Shown here: in pieces, positions 44,272 through 53,455 of the stretch
How positions within the stretch are numbered: the stretch's first letter is position 1
How the letters are laid out: each line of letters begins with the position of its first letter
Sequence record: PQ480333.1
Strand: one strand, 5' to 3'
DNA length: 64,000 nt
Origin: Escherichia phage NRG-P0074
Notes under the pieces: generated by a model
Told to the model about the DNA's origin: nothing
What the model saw: the letters and a program-made list of their open reading frames with translations, nothing else
The model's database searches: none
Program-made: the position numbers and the translations under genes

Positions 44272-44853
44272 ATGGCTAGTTTAATTTTTACCTATGCCGC
44301 TATGAACGCTGGTAAGTCTGCTTCATTACTTACTGCCGCACATAACTATAAAGAACGTGGCATGGGTGTATTAGTTCTTAAACCGGCTATTGATACTCGC
44401 GATTCAAAAGGTGAAATAGTCTCTCGTATTGGTATTCGTCAGGACGCCAATATAATTACAAAAGACATGGATATCTTTGAATTCTATAAATGGGCTGCAG
44501 CACAAAAGGATATTCACTGCGTATTTGTTGACGAAGCTCAGTTCTTAACTACTGAAAAGGTGTATCAACTTAGTCGTATTGTTGACGTATACAATGTGCC
44601 GGTAATGGCATATGGACTACGAACAGATTTTAAAGGTAATCTATTTGAAGGTTCTCAAGCATTAATGGCTATTGCCGATAAGCTTGTTGAACTTAAAGGT
44701 GTCTGTCATTGTGGTAAAAAGGCCACAATGGTAGCTAGAGTCACGGAAGACGGACTTCCAATTACAGATGGCAGTCAAATTGAAATTGGTGATACCGATA
44801 GATATGTGTCATTATGCCGGAAGCATTGGAACGATTTGACAGGGTTGTTATAA
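44272..44853 (+). CDS. tk: Thymidine kinase
   Basis: 193 aa, P-loop MNAGKSASLL, Zn-finger CHCGKKA...CRKH; matches T4 Tk. Confidence 0.9.
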   Translation: MASLIFTYAAMNAGKSASLLTAAHNYKERGMGVLVLKPAIDTRDSKGEIVSRIGIRQDANIITKDMDIFEFYKWAAAQKDIHCVFVDEAQFLTTEKVYQLSRIVDVYNVPVMAYGLRTDFKGNLFEGSQALMAIADKLVELKGVCHCGKKATMVARVTEDGLPITDGSQIEIGDTDRYVSLCRKHWNDLTGLL

Positions 44854-44880
44854 ATACTAATATCTAACCAAGAGGTATAT

Positions 44881-45093
44881 ATGCAGCAATTAAACGAAAG
44901 ACAACTTCGTAATCTTACTGTAACCCAATTGGATGAAATCCGAAGAGAATTAGGACATTCTATTTCTCATTTAAACGAGGATATCCGTCAAACTGGTTCT
45001 AAAGCTGATTATACACGCAAGCGCAAGCTGGAAAAATACCTCACAGATGTTAAGGCCGTCCAAAGGCGAAAAATAAATACTGGCCAAAATTAA
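44881..45093 (+). CDS. Hypothetical protein (70 aa)
   Basis: ORF with ribosome-binding site GAGG. Confidence 0.4.
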   Translation: MQQLNERQLRNLTVTQLDEIRRELGHSISHLNEDIRQTGSKADYTRKRKLEKYLTDVKAVQRRKINTGQN

Positions 45094-45105
45094 CAGGAGG
45101 CCTAT

Positions 45106-45408
45106 ATGGCCTTAAGAGCGATAGCTGTCATGGCGATGCTGGGGTTTTTTGCAGCAACAACTCCTATCGTTGGTACTGCATATATCGACCCATATTTTGA
45201 TAACTTTATGGAATCAGGGATTAAAAACGTATATACTTTGTTTGAAATTCAAAATGTCGAGAATTCTGAAAAATTCTATAAGTATATGGCAAAGCATTAC
45301 AAAAATAGCCCCTGTGATGATGCATTTGAATGTCACGAACAAGGCATAAAAACTGCCAGACAATTTGCCGAGTTCATGAAAATAAAATTAGAGCCTACAT
45401 CTATCTAA
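45106..45408 (+). CDS. Secreted hypothetical protein (100 aa)
   Basis: Signal-peptide-like N-terminus MALRAIAVMAMLGFFAATTPIVGTA. Confidence 0.45.
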   Translation: MALRAIAVMAMLGFFAATTPIVGTAYIDPYFDNFMESGIKNVYTLFEIQNVENSEKFYKYMAKHYKNSPCDDAFECHEQGIKTARQFAEFMKIKLEPTSI

Positions 45409-45414
45409 TTTACT

Positions 45415-45443
45415 AGCCCCTTCCGAAAGGTTGGGGCTTTTTG
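45415..45443 (+). terminator. Rho-independent terminator
   Basis: agcccc-ttccgaaaggtt-ggggct followed by TTTTT. Confidence 0.7.
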
Positions 45444-45453
45444 GCATCTATCA

Positions 45454-45504
45454 GTTTACTTCTCCTCAGGTTGTGTTATAGTAAACCTTACTTACTAGAG
45501 GAGA
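45454..45504 (+). promoter_or_regulatory. PeSL-like early promoter
   Basis: gtttac; arms tctcctc / gaggaga around gtgttatagt. Confidence 0.5.
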
Positions 45505-45509
45505 ACGTT

Positions 45510-45689
45510 ATGACACGTAAAGAAAAAATTTCTAAGTTAATGTTTTTGATTGAAGAGTACGCTAATGCGGTATCTGATTGGGAAAATGCTCATGGTTGCG
45601 AAGATGGAGACATCGACATTAACAGAGCTATGAAAAAGATGGCTGATGCCCACACCGAATTGCAAATGTATGTTAACGAGATTATGTGA
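45510..45689 (+). CDS. Hypothetical protein (59 aa)
   Basis: Start at ATG 45510 after ribosome-binding site GAGGAG. Confidence 0.4.
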   Translation: MTRKEKISKLMFLIEEYANAVSDWENAHGCEDGDIDINRAMKKMADAHTELQMYVNEIM

Positions 45690-45696
45690 GGATATT

Positions 45697-45903
45697 ATGC
45701 TTTACGATTATACTGGAAAATCTGAAGACGGTGTACTTGAACTTTTACCTGAAAGCGCTGAAGATGATGATATGGTGGCGATGTTTTGTAAAAATGGCCC
45801 TGGGGATAAGGGATGGATTTATCTTCGTCAAGAAAATGACTTAATTGTTTTGGACCCTAAACAAGTTGAAGAACTTTATCAACATTTAAAACACAATCGG
45901 TAG
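45697..45903 (+). CDS. Hypothetical acidic protein (68 aa)
   Basis: ATG 45697 with ribosome-binding site GTGAGGA. Confidence 0.4.
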   Translation: MLYDYTGKSEDGVLELLPESAEDDDMVAMFCKNGPGDKGWIYLRQENDLIVLDPKQVEELYQHLKHNR

Positions 45904-45941
45904 TTTACAACTTGGTAGGACTATGTTATAGTAGTCCTACC
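45903..45941 (+). promoter_or_regulatory. PeSL-like early promoter cassette (copy C, ggtaggactatgttatagtagtcctacc)
   Basis: Near-identical to the cassettes at 34350 and 35645. Confidence 0.5.
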
Positions 45942-45960
45942 AAAACAAATGGAGAACAAA

Positions 45961-46071
45961 ATGAAACTTTTGCTTATCGCTTATGTTGTAGTACAATACA
46001 ATTATCCGATGTTTACGTATAACATGGTAAATGGTGTAATGAATCTTATTGAAGCGAGTATGGTAAAATGA
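45961..46071 (+). CDS. Possible micro-ORF (36 aa, hydrophobic)
   Basis: MKLLLIAYVVVQYNYPMF... with ribosome-binding site GGAGAA; below the ORF-track cutoff. Confidence 0.25.
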   Translation: MKLLLIAYVVVQYNYPMFTYNMVNGVMNLIEASMVK

Positions 46072-46168
46072 CCTGTGAAATGGATCTTATTTAATTTTTA
46101 TAGAAATCAGGTTGATGCTCGTCAGAATGATTTGGTGAATTTTGTTGAAACTTTAATTGGTGAATAAT

Positions 46169-46699
46169 ATGAAAACTGTAATTGAAACGACTGAGTTGTT
46201 TGGTGATTTATGTATCGAAAAACGTGGTTATGCGTACGTTCTGACGCAAGAAGATGATGTTGTTACTATTCTTCCTATGGAACTAGACAAGATTTTGAAA
46301 CTCAATCCACCAGGTCATGCATCTGTAATTAACATTGATGAAGACCTCCAAGTTCGTTTTTATCACGGACTTTATAGTGGGGTTAATATCGAAACCGAAG
46401 ACGAATGTTTTTCTATTAATAATTGGAAAACATTTGTCACTAAGGTGAAAGAATTCATGGAATCTGAAACAGCCAAAAAGGCCAAACTTCAATGGGCTAA
46501 ATGCCGTAATGCTTTTATTACAAATCAGGACCGCCCTGACTATACAACAGTCCTAGGCGTTAATCCTTCTTATGAAGATGGTGATGTCGTAGTTATTCGC
46601 CAAATTGATGACCTTCGTCAACATATCATTACATTAGACAAAGATGAAGCAGTTGCTCTTAAAGCTTATCTCGATTCTATTATCCCAACTTTGAAATAA
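46169..46699 (+). CDS. Hypothetical protein (176 aa)
   Basis: ORF; start at ATG 46169. Confidence 0.45.
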   Translation: MKTVIETTELFGDLCIEKRGYAYVLTQEDDVVTILPMELDKILKLNPPGHASVINIDEDLQVRFYHGLYSGVNIETEDECFSINNWKTFVTKVKEFMESETAKKAKLQWAKCRNAFITNQDRPDYTTVLGVNPSYEDGDVVVIRQIDDLRQHIITLDKDEAVALKAYLDSIIPTLK

Positions 46700-46708
46700 G
46701 GAATTATT

Positions 46709-47185
46709 ATGATTATCAATGAAAACTCTTGGCACTTTAAAATTTATGCCGCGTTCAATAGTACATGGAATCGTCCGAAAACGTTATGTGCTTATTTTTG
46801 GAAAACGTTTCTCCCGGTATTGGCTGCTTCAATTATTGGATTTGCGATTTTAGCAGCAGTCACAATCATTGGCCAGGAAATTTTAACTAAATTCTTTGTT
46901 TTTAGCAGTCTATGGACATTAGTTCTGGCTTCAATTGGTGTAGGCATTTTAATGGTAGCAGTCATGGCTTTTATTGCTACCGGGTTGGTAATTGGTCCGT
47001 CTTGGTTGTTAGACAAATATAACGACAGAAAATATTATAAAGAAATTGAGCTCATTGCACAAAACCAAGAACGAATTAAAAATGGACTTGAGCCTATTGA
47101 ACGTAAGAAATCGATTATCGTTGAATTTTTAAAAGCTCGTAAAGCTAAAGTGTGTCCTACTCTTGAATACAAGCCAGGCAAATGA
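46709..47185 (+). CDS. Membrane protein (158 aa)
   Basis: Two to three hydrophobic helices (LAASIIGFAILAAVTIIG, LVLASIGVGILMVAVMAFIATGLVIG). Confidence 0.5.
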   Translation: MIINENSWHFKIYAAFNSTWNRPKTLCAYFWKTFLPVLAASIIGFAILAAVTIIGQEILTKFFVFSSLWTLVLASIGVGILMVAVMAFIATGLVIGPSWLLDKYNDRKYYKEIELIAQNQERIKNGLEPIERKKSIIVEFLKARKAKVCPTLEYKPGK

Positions 47186-47964
47186 ATTATATCAAATGTT
47201 ATGATGCAATAATTCAACGAGGAAAACTTAGAGGCAGTGATAAGTCTGAGTTGAATTATTATACTGAATCCCATCACATAATCCCTTCATGTATTGGAGG
47301 GAGTGATGACCCGAGTAATAAAGTTTTATTGACTGCCAGGGAACATTTTATCGCTCATTGGTTATTATCAAAAATTCACCCAAACTCTGAAGGATTGATT
47401 TACGCTTACTGGGCGTTCTATAATTTAGGCGAAGATGCTTTAGGACGAAATCTTAAATTAACCTCAAGAGGCTATAAAGACGTAAGGGAAAAGTTTTCAG
47501 AAATTCACTCTAATAGAATGAAAGATATATGGGAATCACAAGAATATCGTGATAAGCGTTCAGCGACCATGAGCCTCCCTGAGATAAAGGCTAAAATGTC
47601 AGATTCTCAAATAGAGGCACAGAATAGACCTGAAGTTAAAGCAAAAATATCTACTGCTATCAAAGAGGCCTTTAAGAGAGATGATGTTAAAGAACGGCAT
47701 TCAAGAGCTGTTAAAAAGGCCCTAGATAATCCAGAAACTAAAAAGAGACAGTCTGAAGCGTCTAAAGCTAGACAACGAACTGGTAAACACTGGGAAGATT
47801 ATGATATGCTTTACGAACTTTGGATTAAATTGAATCGACCTAAGCGTGGGGCTTTCGGAACCTATATTAGTAAAATGGGTTATCCTAAATCAAATTACCA
47901 ACGCTTAATATTACAGTTCATTGAAGATTATGAAAGGAAAGTGAATAATGAAAACGATTGTTAA
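47182..47964 (+). CDS. HNH homing endonuclease (Mob-like)
   Basis: HNH motif ESHHIIPSCIGGSDDPSNKVLLTAREHFIAH; C-terminal basic repeats. Confidence 0.75.
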   Translation: MNYIKCYDAIIQRGKLRGSDKSELNYYTESHHIIPSCIGGSDDPSNKVLLTAREHFIAHWLLSKIHPNSEGLIYAYWAFYNLGEDALGRNLKLTSRGYKDVREKFSEIHSNRMKDIWESQEYRDKRSATMSLPEIKAKMSDSQIEAQNRPEVKAKISTAIKEAFKRDDVKERHSRAVKKALDNPETKKRQSEASKARQRTGKHWEDYDMLYELWIKLNRPKRGAFGTYISKMGYPKSNYQRLILQFIEDYERKVNNENDC

Positions 47965-48934
47965 GGCTTACTTTGGTAGCCACCTTTATGGAACGTCTAC
48001 TCCTGAATCTGACGTCGATTTTAAAGAAATTTATGTCCCTCATGCTCGTGATATTTTGACCGGTAACGTTAAAGAACATATGAGCAAGAACACGAATAAC
48101 ACATCTTCTAAGAACACAAAAGACGACGTGGACCATGAGTTATATAGTCTCAAATATTTCTTTAAACTAGCTGCAGATGGTGAAACTGTCGCATTAGATA
48201 TGCTTCACACTCCACCAAGTCTAGTAGTTAAATCTGATTTGCCTGATGTATGGAAGTATATTCAAGATAACAGGTCTCGTTTCTATACCACTAACATGAA
48301 ATCTTATTTAGGGTATGTCCGTAAGCAAGCTTCTAAATACGGTGTCAAGGGTTCTCGACTGGCTGTTCTTCGTCAAGCCCTTAAACGTTCTAATGAATGG
48401 GGACAATACTTTGATAATGGTGCAGTAATTCGTTTATCACATATGAAGAATGTTCTGCCTGTAGGTGAATTTGCTTCATGGGTTGAAACCGAAAACGAGA
48501 AAACAGGTAAGCAAACATTCTATAATCTGTTAGACCGTAAATTCCAAGACACGTTAACCAATAAAGAGTTCAATGCCGTCCTGGTTAAACTTGAAGAGAA
48601 CTATGGTGAACGTGCTCGTAAGGCAGAAGCCAACGAAGGTATTGACTGGAAAGCATTGAGTCATGCATGTCGTGGTGGACTTCAACTATTGGAAATTTAC
48701 AAAACCGGCGACCTGGTTTACCCGCTTCAGGATGCTCCATTTATTCTCGATGTTAAGCTTGGTAAACATACGTTTAAAACCGTACAGGAATTCCTAGAAG
48801 ATATCGTTGACCAAGTTGAACATGCAGCAGAACAAGCTGCTAAGAACGGTATGCAACAAAAAGTAGATATGAGTTTCTGGGATGACTTCCTTGAACAAGT
48901 CTACTTAGAAAACCACAATTCGTACTATAAATGA
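47948..48934 (+). CDS. Pol-beta-superfamily nucleotidyltransferase (328 aa)
   Basis: Classic motif FGSHLYGTSTPESDVDF (GS-x10-DxD). Confidence 0.6.
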   Translation: MKTIVKAYFGSHLYGTSTPESDVDFKEIYVPHARDILTGNVKEHMSKNTNNTSSKNTKDDVDHELYSLKYFFKLAADGETVALDMLHTPPSLVVKSDLPDVWKYIQDNRSRFYTTNMKSYLGYVRKQASKYGVKGSRLAVLRQALKRSNEWGQYFDNGAVIRLSHMKNVLPVGEFASWVETENEKTGKQTFYNLLDRKFQDTLTNKEFNAVLVKLEENYGERARKAEANEGIDWKALSHACRGGLQLLEIYKTGDLVYPLQDAPFILDVKLGKHTFKTVQEFLEDIVDQVEHAAEQAAKNGMQQKVDMSFWDDFLEQVYLENHNSYYK

Positions 48935-48937
48935 TAA

Positions 48938-48954
48938 GGGCCTTCGGGCCCTTT
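48938..48954 (+). terminator. Terminator-like hairpin
   Basis: gggcc-ttcg-ggccc followed by TTT. Confidence 0.45.
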
Positions 48955-48982
48955 AGGGGGTCAAAATATTTTTAAAAAGTAG

Positions 48983-49018
48983 TGTACATGCTTTTAGGAT
49001 ATGTTATTATAGACCTAT
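48983..49018 (+). promoter_or_regulatory. Early promoter (GTGTAC -35 variant) with tgttattatagacctatc motif
   Basis: Motif shared with the cassettes at 881 and 49283. Confidence 0.45.
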
Positions 49019-49040
49019 CAAAACAAGAGGAGAAAACAAA

Positions 49041-49259
49041 ATGAAAACCAAAATGTTAGAAATGATTCGTGAAGCTGGTGATAAAGGTCTTATGGTTAAC
49101 ACTCGTGATGCAGACCAACGTCAAGCATTCGGTGAACTGAAAGCTAAAGGTCTAGTTAAAGCATCCTTAGGAATCGGTAATGCATTACGAGTCACCTTAA
49201 CCCCAGCCGGTAAAGCAGTGTTCTTTCAACCTCTTACCAAAAAATCTCGTCGCAAATAA
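49041..49259 (+). CDS. Hypothetical small basic protein (72 aa)
   Basis: Ribosome-binding site GAGGAG. Confidence 0.45.
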   Translation: MKTKMLEMIREAGDKGLMVNTRDADQRQAFGELKAKGLVKASLGIGNALRVTLTPAGKAVFFQPLTKKSRRK

Positions 49260-49261
49260 TT

Positions 49262-49299
49262 GTTTACTTTTGCTTTAAACATGTTATTATAGACCTATC
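49262..49299 (+). promoter_or_regulatory. Early promoter with an overlapping MotA-box-like TGCTTTA
   Basis: gtttac 49262-49267; tgcttta 49271-49277; tgttattatagacctatc. Confidence 0.45.
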
Positions 49300-49329
49300 G
49301 AAACGAAATGAGTAAATTTGGAGAATAAA

Positions 49330-50310
49330 ATGTTCAACGTTCAAATCAAAAAAGGTATCTATCGTAATAACGAAATCTCTGGTTCTTATGTTGCCACAAA
49401 GACATGGTTCCCGGCAAAGCTTAATCCTGAATGTTCCCACTTAGGTGACGGTAAAATTTTCGTTATGATTGATGGTTCTGAACGTGGAGTATGGGTCTTC
49501 AAACCAGACATCGTAATGGAAGGAGTTGAGACATCACCAGTTGCAGTTGTTGAAAGCACTGAAGATATGAAAACTCGTATCAACAAACGCTTTAAAGTAA
49601 TGAACATGATGACGAATGGTATTATCGATGGCAAAATTCGTTCACTCATTATTTCAGGTGCAGCCGGTATTGGTAAGACGTATTCTCTGGATAAAGCACT
49701 TAATAATGCTAATGATAATGGTTTCATCAAATACAAAAGCATTAATGGTAAAATCTCTGGTATTGGCCTTTACGAACAACTTTGGCTCAACCGTGATGCA
49801 TACAGCGTTCTCTTAATCGACGACGTTGATGTATTCTCAGATATGGACATCTTGAACCTTCTTAAAGCAGCATTAGATACCGGAGATAAACGCAAAGTTT
49901 GTTGGAGCACTGCGTCATCTTATCTCGATGATAAGGGTATTGATAAAGAATTTGAGTTTGAAGGTACTATCGTTTTCATTACAAACGTTGATATCGATAA
50001 AGAGTTAGAACGCGGTTCGAAACTTGCTCCGCACCTTCAAGCTTTAGTATCTCGTTCAGTGTATTTGGACCTTGGAGTACACTCTAATGAAGAGATTATG
50101 GTTCGAGTTGAAGATGTAATATTATCTACTGACATGATGCAGAAACGTGGCCTGACGGATGCAGAAACGTATAAAGCATTGTCCTGGATGAAGGCTAACG
50201 TATCTCGTCTTCGCAATGTATCATTACGTACGGCTCTTTATGTAGCAGATTTTATTTCAACTGATAAAGATGGTTGGGAGGAAATCTCTGAAGTAACTTT
50301 ACTGAAATAA
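49330..50310 (+). CDS. AAA+ family ATPase (327 aa)
   Basis: Walker A GAAGIGKT and Walker B LLIDDVD; ATG 49330 preferred over the TTG in the track. Confidence 0.6.
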   Translation: MFNVQIKKGIYRNNEISGSYVATKTWFPAKLNPECSHLGDGKIFVMIDGSERGVWVFKPDIVMEGVETSPVAVVESTEDMKTRINKRFKVMNMMTNGIIDGKIRSLIISGAAGIGKTYSLDKALNNANDNGFIKYKSINGKISGIGLYEQLWLNRDAYSVLLIDDVDVFSDMDILNLLKAALDTGDKRKVCWSTASSYLDDKGIDKEFEFEGTIVFITNVDIDKELERGSKLAPHLQALVSRSVYLDLGVHSNEEIMVRVEDVILSTDMMQKRGLTDAETYKALSWMKANVSRLRNVSLRTALYVADFISTDKDGWEEISEVTLLK

Positions 50311-50448
50311 GCTTATAGGAAGTTCTGAGGTAACAAAAGCCATAAAGATGAATAATCATATGGCTTACCTCAAAGAAGGACACCAGGAACCTACTGAGGG
50401 CATAGAAATATTTAAAAATAATGGTGTACAAATCAAAGAGGATATGTT

Positions 50449-50736
50449 ATGGATTTTATGCAAAAAATTAAAGCCGCAGTCGAACTGTATGCTCATCGTA
50501 TGGTTAGTTCTACGATGCAATATAGCGAGGAGGTTCGCCAGGACTCTTCCTTGAAAGGAAAAACTAAAGCCTTAATTACCTTAGACCGTCTACAAAAGAA
50601 TGCCCTAGAGTTGTTCCAGTACGACAAGGATGCATATAAGAAAGAACAGGAAGAGAAACTTAAATCTGAAAAATTACAAAAAATACCGAAGTCTGTTTGG
50701 TTCAGTGGAAAAAATACCGAAAAAAGTTTCTTTTAG
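50449..50736 (+). CDS. Hypothetical protein (95 aa)
   Basis: Ribosome-binding site AAGAGGA 6 nt upstream. Confidence 0.4.
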   Translation: MDFMQKIKAAVELYAHRMVSSTMQYSEEVRQDSSLKGKTKALITLDRLQKNALELFQYDKDAYKKEQEEKLKSEKLQKIPKSVWFSGKNTEKSFF

Positions 50737-50738
50737 TT

Positions 50739-50774
50739 GTTTACACAGGTCTATGGACATGTTACTATAGACCT
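50739..50774 (+). promoter_or_regulatory. PeSL-like early promoter
   Basis: gtttac; arms aggtctat / atagacct around gttactat. Confidence 0.5.
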
Positions 50775-50795
50775 ATCAACTACTAGAGGTAAAAC

Positions 50796-51320
50796 ATGAA
50801 CGCTAAAGATATTTTCAACCTGGTAAATTACAATGACGGTAAATTCAAATCTGAAGCACAAAGCAAGTTCTTTAATGAAGTAGCATGCGGTAACGAGATT
50901 ACCGTTTCTGGAGGAGAGATTTACAAAAGCCGTTGGAACTGGATTGTTATCATCGATTCAGTCGGGATTTTGGAAGTCTATAAAAACACTAACAAAAAAC
51001 GTACTCTTCACTGGAGTCGTGCTACAAACGCAGAGTATCAGGCAAAACGTAAAGCACGTAACATGCCTACTGAGTCTGATATCCAAAACATTAAATCAGA
51101 TATCGAATACTACAACAATCTGATTGCAGAACAACAAGCAGTTATTGACAAGTTCGACGAAATCAAAGCTTGTCGTGAGATTCCTGATTTTATGAAGGAA
51201 TCGGTAAACGAACAATATGCCCTCACTTCAGGTCGTATTAAAACTTATACGGAACAACGAGCAGAACGCCAAGCACTTCTTCGGAAATTTGAAGAACGTT
51301 TAAAGACGGTTCACGCATAA
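50796..51320 (+). CDS. Hypothetical protein (174 aa)
   Basis: Ribosome-binding site AGAGG. Confidence 0.45.
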   Translation: MNAKDIFNLVNYNDGKFKSEAQSKFFNEVACGNEITVSGGEIYKSRWNWIVIIDSVGILEVYKNTNKKRTLHWSRATNAEYQAKRKARNMPTESDIQNIKSDIEYYNNLIAEQQAVIDKFDEIKACREIPDFMKESVNEQYALTSGRIKTYTEQRAERQALLRKFEERLKTVHA

Positions 51321-51382
51321 ACGCTTTACCCAAGGACGGGTTATAATGGTTTTGAGTTCCAATTCAATCTGAGGAAATAGTT

Positions 51383-52378
51383 ATGAGCATTACATCTGAT
51401 GCGGTAAAACATGAAATTAACGGTTTATGTGCTTCACAGATTAAAGTGTGGTTTAAAGACCATAATGATCGCAGAGCACTTAATTATGAACAAATTGCTA
51501 TCCAAGTTCATCAATTACTGGTTAGTAAATTTGATTTTCATATGCCGTCTGAAATCTATACTAATCTACCGCGAGCGCTTATTAAAGCATGTAAAGGTTA
51601 CGGAAAATCAATGGCCGATGGAATCTTCAGCGCGCTGAATAAACTTAACGTTCTGTCGATGATTAACTCTAACAATATCCTGCGTAATTTAGGACGTACT
51701 GATTTGTTCGGTCGTGAACAGGGTAAAATGCCTTTGAAATGGATTGTTGCTCATCTTAACGAGAACCAAACACGTTTTCTGGCCGTATCAGCACGTTTAC
51801 AAATGGGCTTAGATCGTCAGATGAACTTTAAAACTCATCCACGTTATTCAGGTTCAACAGACTTTTATAAATGTGAGCTTCAAAAGGTCAGTGGCAAAAC
51901 CGTCTTAGTAGTTCGTGTAACGTTTGAAGGACGACGTCAAGGATATTTTAACCTAATCGGCTCTGGTCTTAAACATTGTGGATTTATCGACGAAGTTGAT
52001 ATCAAGCGAGACGGCACTGGATATCGTATTGGATATGTTTGTACTCTTAAAGAAGAGATTTTAGGACCAGCTCCAGGACTAAAAGACGTTAGATATAAAG
52101 ACGAGCTCGTTGAAGAAATAAAAGAAGTTGAATATGATATCAACCAAGAAGATGCTCTTAAAGACCTTATTGATGAACTGAATCAAGACGTTATTCCGGT
52201 TCAGAAATTTGAATCAAAACATGCTGAGCAAATCAAATACTTTGAAGCTTTGATTAACGAACTTAATGTAACTATTCAACAGACTGACGATGAAATCTCA
52301 CGATTAGCAGGCTTAAACGGTAAAAATAAAACAGAACGAGCTAATCTTATTCAAGTAGTAAAACTTCTTAAGGAATGA
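51383..52378 (+). CDS. Hypothetical protein (331 aa) with C-terminal coiled coil
   Basis: First of three tandem similarly sized ORFs; C-terminal heptad-like region. Confidence 0.5.
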   Translation: MSITSDAVKHEINGLCASQIKVWFKDHNDRRALNYEQIAIQVHQLLVSKFDFHMPSEIYTNLPRALIKACKGYGKSMADGIFSALNKLNVLSMINSNNILRNLGRTDLFGREQGKMPLKWIVAHLNENQTRFLAVSARLQMGLDRQMNFKTHPRYSGSTDFYKCELQKVSGKTVLVVRVTFEGRRQGYFNLIGSGLKHCGFIDEVDIKRDGTGYRIGYVCTLKEEILGPAPGLKDVRYKDELVEEIKEVEYDINQEDALKDLIDELNQDVIPVQKFESKHAEQIKYFEALINELNVTIQQTDDEISRLAGLNGKNKTERANLIQVVKLLKE

Positions 52379-52408
52379 TGTACAACCAAGGATGGTTGGA
52401 GTATAATA
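52378..52408 (+). promoter_or_regulatory. Early promoter cassette caaccaaggatggttggagtataat (copy 1)
   Basis: Inverted repeat caacca / tggttg followed by gaGTATAAT. Confidence 0.5.
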
Positions 52409-52433
52409 AATTTTTCAACATGAGGAATATAAA

Positions 52434-53393
52434 ATGGCTTTTATTACACGTAGAGAACTTATCAAAGAATTTACCTCGAACGCATATACTCCAGGACCTA
52501 ATCCTATCCGTATGCCTGTAAAGACTCCTGAAGAGATTGAGGAAATCTGTTCATATTATGGGATTACTTCTCGTAAGTTTACTCAATTTGAATGCGTTAC
52601 TAACACACCCGTTAAAGAGTTCATTAAAAATGGTGAGTTCAGCCGTTTATTAGCCAAACAGAAACTTCGTAATTTTTGTATTGGTGGTGAAGGACAATAT
52701 TTCGCTAAGCAGTTCCGGAATAACCTTAACAATCTGATGGCCATTGCTTCTCGTATTCGTCCTCAAGCAATTAACATGAAACATTTGAAATATACTTACG
52801 ATAAGTTAGAAATCATGGTTATCAGTGAGAACGAGTTCACTCTTACGTATAAACCTAAGAATGATAACGTTGCTCGTGTATTCCACCAAGCGTTGGAAGT
52901 TTTAGGTGATAATATCCACCAGATTAAAGCAATTTATTCTCGTGAGCTTAATATTATCGACCCTATCAAGAATAAGGGCCATATCGCTATCCAGGCTCGT
53001 GTATCTATTGGTAAAAAGGTTCCTGCGCCATGGTGGCACAAAGACTCTGAATACTATCAAAATCTTAAAAAGGAAAATGCATTGTTTGAAGCATCGCTTA
53101 CTGGGACCCCAATTGAACAGGCCGAAGTCCTAAGTGCTTATTCTACTTCGGGTAAATCAATGTTTAAAGGTTTGCCAAATGTGTGCAAACTGTCTGCAGT
53201 AAAACTAAATGTTTCTAATGACCTTCTTCCGGCCGAAGATTACCGTTACAATCAAATCAAGGCCACTATGGACCAACTGTCTGTTGAACTTGACAAAGCA
53301 CAAGCTAAGCTTCGTGATGCTCAAAGTGTTGTAACGAATCTCCAGTTGCAGTATTCTAAACTTTTTAACGCAATGAATGCGTTAAAATCATAA
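52434..53393 (+). CDS. Hypothetical protein (319 aa) with C-terminal coiled coil
   Basis: Ribosome-binding site GAGGAA. Confidence 0.5.
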   Translation: MAFITRRELIKEFTSNAYTPGPNPIRMPVKTPEEIEEICSYYGITSRKFTQFECVTNTPVKEFIKNGEFSRLLAKQKLRNFCIGGEGQYFAKQFRNNLNNLMAIASRIRPQAINMKHLKYTYDKLEIMVISENEFTLTYKPKNDNVARVFHQALEVLGDNIHQIKAIYSRELNIIDPIKNKGHIAIQARVSIGKKVPAPWWHKDSEYYQNLKKENALFEASLTGTPIEQAEVLSAYSTSGKSMFKGLPNVCKLSAVKLNVSNDLLPAEDYRYNQIKATMDQLSVELDKAQAKLRDAQSVVTNLQLQYSKLFNAMNALKS

Positions 53394-53397
53394 AATA

Positions 53398-53428
53398 GTT
53401 TACAACCAAGGATGGTTGGAGTATAATG
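53398..53428 (+). promoter_or_regulatory. Early promoter cassette caaccaaggatggttggagtataat (copy 2)
   Basis: About 30 bp identical to the cassette at 52381. Confidence 0.5.
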
Positions 53429-53455
53429 AATCTATCTTAACGAGAGGAAAATATT

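Noticed and set aside
50348-50554. 68-aa ORF overlapping the start of the 95-aa gene
   Set aside because: No ribosome-binding site and it overlaps a better-supported ORF; possibly non-coding
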